Below are positions 30,096 through 32,000 of a stretch of DNA of 32,000 nucleotides, one piece after another. Positions within the stretch are counted from its first letter, which is position 1, and every line of letters starts with the position of its first letter. This DNA is from Methanoculleus receptaculi. GTDB taxonomy: Archaea; Halobacteriota; Methanomicrobia; Methanomicrobiales; Methanoculleaceae. Under the pieces are notes generated by a model. It was not told the origin of the DNA, did no database searches, and saw only the letters and a program-made list of their open reading frames with translations. Where the stretch lies: NCBI RefSeq assembly GCF_033472595.1, contig NZ_CP137642.1:1689384-1721383 (forward strand), read 5' to 3'. Made by a program: the position numbers and the translations under genes.

Positions 30096-30126
30096 TGATA
30101 ATAATTATGTAATAATATTACTATAG
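30096..30126. promoter_or_regulatory. AT-rich divergent promoter region between the coiled-coil/smc operon and glyA
   Basis: tgataataattatgtaataatattactatag is the only strongly AT-rich block in the 212-nt divergent intergenic region. It could supply TATA boxes in both directions. Confidence 0.35.
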
Positions 30127-30286
30127 TTCTCCTGAATTGAAGAATTATCTCGCGACTTGAAGGCAACATCTGCAGGAAGCCCCCATGGGCCGGGGTCCGG
30201 GCGAAACCGATGTCATGTCGTGCCGCAAGACAAAAACCCTGTACAAAAGAAAGAATATTACCTCAACGGAGCAACCCTTTTTCTGC

Positions 30287-31558
30287 ATGTCTAGTCTGGC
30301 AAACTTTGATCCAGAGATCGCAGACCTCATCGAGAAAGAGCGCCTGCGTCAGATCAATGGGCTGGAATTGATCGCCTCCGAGAACGTCGTAAGCAAGGCA
30401 GTCCTGGAGGCGATGGGTTCTATAATGACCAATAAATACGCCGAGGGTTACCCCGGCAAACGATACTACGGAGGCTGCGAGTTTCACGACGTCGCAGAGA
30501 ACCTGGCGCGCGACCGGATGTGCCGGGTCTTCGGGGCCGAGCACGCAAACGTCCAGCCTCACTCGGGCAGCCAGGCAAACCAGGCGGTCTACTTTGCCTA
30601 CCTGGGCTACAAGGACAGGATATTGAGCCAGAGCCTCACCCAGGGCGGCCACCTTTCCCACGGGTCGCCGGTAAATATCACCGGCCGCTGGTACTCCATC
30701 TTTCACTACGGCGTGGACCCGGAGACGGAGACGCTTGACTACGCTGCCATTGAGGACCTGGCACGGATGGTCAGGCCGCAGATGATCGTCTGCGGCGCTA
30801 GCGCCTACCCGCGCGAGATAGATTTCAGGGCGTTCCAGGAGATCGCCGATACCGTTGGTGCGCGGTGTATGGCCGATATAGCCCACATTGCCGGACTCTG
30901 CGCAACCGGCTACCACAACTCCCCGGTAGGTGTCGTCGATATCGTGACGACGACTACTCATAAGACGCTGCGCGGCCCACGCGGTGGTGCAATCATGTGC
31001 AGCAAAGAGGATGCGCCGACCATCGACAAGTCCGTCTTCCCGGGGATGCAGGGCGGCCCCCTGATGCACATCATCGCCGCGAAGGCAGTCTGTTTCAAGG
31101 AGGCCATGACCCCGGCATACAAAGAATACTGCGGCCAGATCGTCAAGAATTCGCGCGCGATGGCCAGGGTCCTTGCCGAGGAGGGGCTTGATCTGGTCTC
31201 CGGCGGCACCGACAACCACCTCATACTCCTCGACCTTACCAGGGTCTCAGCGAATCATGAACACCTCACCGGGCTTGCAGCCGAGACCGCGCTCGGCGAG
31301 GCCGGGATCACCGTGAACAAGAACACCATCCCACGCGAACAACTCAGTCCCTTTGTGACTAGCGGACTGCGTATAGGCACACCGGCCGTCACCTCCCGCG
31401 GCATGAAAGAGAAGGAGATGGAACAGATCGCCAACTGGATCGCGACGGTGTTAAAGGACATCGCAAGAGACAGGACCTCAAAGAAGGCAATCAATGAGGT
31501 GAGAGAAGAGGTCATCGCTCTCGCGAGCAAGTACCCGCTGTACCCTGAAGTAGCATGA
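30287..31558 (+). CDS. glyA: Serine hydroxymethyltransferase
   Basis: The track ORF starts at 30185. ATG 30287 gives [22 protein letters not shown]... (423 aa). PLP-lysine motif [15 protein letters not shown]. Confidence 0.93.
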   Translation: MSSLANFDPEIADLIEKERLRQINGLELIASENVVSKAVLEAMGSIMTNKYAEGYPGKRYYGGCEFHDVAENLARDRMCRVFGAEHANVQPHSGSQANQAVYFAYLGYKDRILSQSLTQGGHLSHGSPVNITGRWYSIFHYGVDPETETLDYAAIEDLARMVRPQMIVCGASAYPREIDFRAFQEIADTVGARCMADIAHIAGLCATGYHNSPVGVVDIVTTTTHKTLRGPRGGAIMCSKEDAPTIDKSVFPGMQGGPLMHIIAAKAVCFKEAMTPAYKEYCGQIVKNSRAMARVLAEEGLDLVSGGTDNHLILLDLTRVSANHEHLTGLAAETALGEAGITVNKNTIPREQLSPFVTSGLRIGTPAVTSRGMKEKEMEQIANWIATVLKDIARDRTSKKAINEVREEVIALASKYPLYPEVA

Positions 31559-32000
31559 TACTCGACGGCAAAGCAGTCTCTGAGAAGAGGCTTGAACTCC
31601 TTAAGGAGATGATAGAGGAGTCCGGGCTCTACCCGCGCCTGGCAACAGTCATCGTGGGCGAGGACCCGGCATCACAGATGTACGTCCGGATGAAGCACCG
31701 GGCGTGCGAACGGGTGGGGATCGGATCGATCAGGATCGACCTCCCGGCGGACGCCTCCACCGAGCGTGTGCTCGAGGTGATCGTGAAACTGAACAACGAC
31801 CCGGACATCAACGGCATCCTAGTCCAGATGCCGCTCCCGCCCGGTGTGGACACCGGCCGCGTGATAAACGCGGTCGCACCCAATAAGGATGTCGACGGTT
31901 TCCACCCCTGTAACATTGGCAGGCTATTCTCTGGAGACCCGCTCTTTGCGCCCTGCACGCCGCAGGGGATCATGACGATCCTGGAGGAGTACCGCATCCC
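31555..32000 (+). CDS. folD: Bifunctional methylene-H4-folate/H4MPT dehydrogenase/cyclohydrolase FolD (5' partial, runs off the window)
   Basis: Absent from the ORF track, presumably because no stop falls inside the window. My translation from ATG 31555 (ATGA overlap with the glyA stop) is [56 protein letters not shown]...[14 protein letters not shown]...[13 protein letters not shown]. Confidence 0.85.
   Translation, partial: MILDGKAVSEKRLELLKEMIEESGLYPRLATVIVGEDPASQMYVRMKHRACERVGIGSIRIDLPADASTERVLEVIVKLNNDPDINGILVQMPLPPGVDTGRVINAVAPNKDVDGFHPCNIGRLFSGDPLFAPCTPQGIMTILEEYRI

Noticed and set aside
26441-30126. Very long + strand ORFs antisense to smc and the coiled-coil gene (26441..27001, 27001..27990 at 329 aa, 28726..30126 at 466 aa).
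   Set aside because: They lie wholly inside or opposite a confidently identified SMC gene. Their translations are S/R/L/P-rich and low in complexity. Stop-free antisense frames are expected opposite GAG/CTC/GCC-rich coiled-coil coding sequence in high-GC genomes.

Overview
High-GC euryarchaeal chromosome segment. The 16S/23S sequences and gene order suggest Methanomicrobiales, possibly Methanoculleus-like, but this taxon call is an inference I could not search. Most of the window is core housekeeping DNA. (1) 150-6012, + strand: the conserved archaeal cluster tRNA-Ser, rps13, rps4, rps11, rpoD, rpl18e, rpl13, rps9, rpoN, tRNA-Pro, rpoK, eno, rps2. (2) 6039-13537, + strand: an isoprenoid block of a Memo-like protein, mevalonate kinase, isopentenyl phosphate kinase, type-2 IPP isomerase, archaeal RNase J, GGPP synthase, then gltX. 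(3) 13.6-19.4 kb: a looser, accessory-looking stretch. It holds a small membrane protein, a flavodoxin-like protein, about 330-400 nt of GC-rich hairpin-dense non-coding DNA, an ACT-ACT-metallo-beta-lactamase fusion, a convergent APC permease, a hemerythrin-like protein, then about 0.9 kb with no credible gene apart from a decayed AAA+ ATPase C-terminal remnant. (4) 19399-24401, - strand: a complete rRNA operon, 16S, tRNA-Ala, 23S, tRNA-Cys, 5S, with flanking processing inverted repeats and four tandem TATA-like elements upstream. (5) 25245-30074, - strand: a coiled-coil protein, smc and scpA, tightly coupled and ending in an oligo-T tract directly against the outermost rRNA promoter candidate. 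(6) 30287-32000, + strand: glyA and the start of folD. I found no CRISPR array, transposase, integrase or recognisable defence gene. The best candidates for something undescribed are modest: the structured non-coding gap at 14.55-14.95 kb, the ACT-ACT-MBL protein with a variant metal motif, and the uncharacterised coiled-coil gene coupled to smc. All coordinates come from reading the sequence by hand. rRNA ends and several start codons are approximate.
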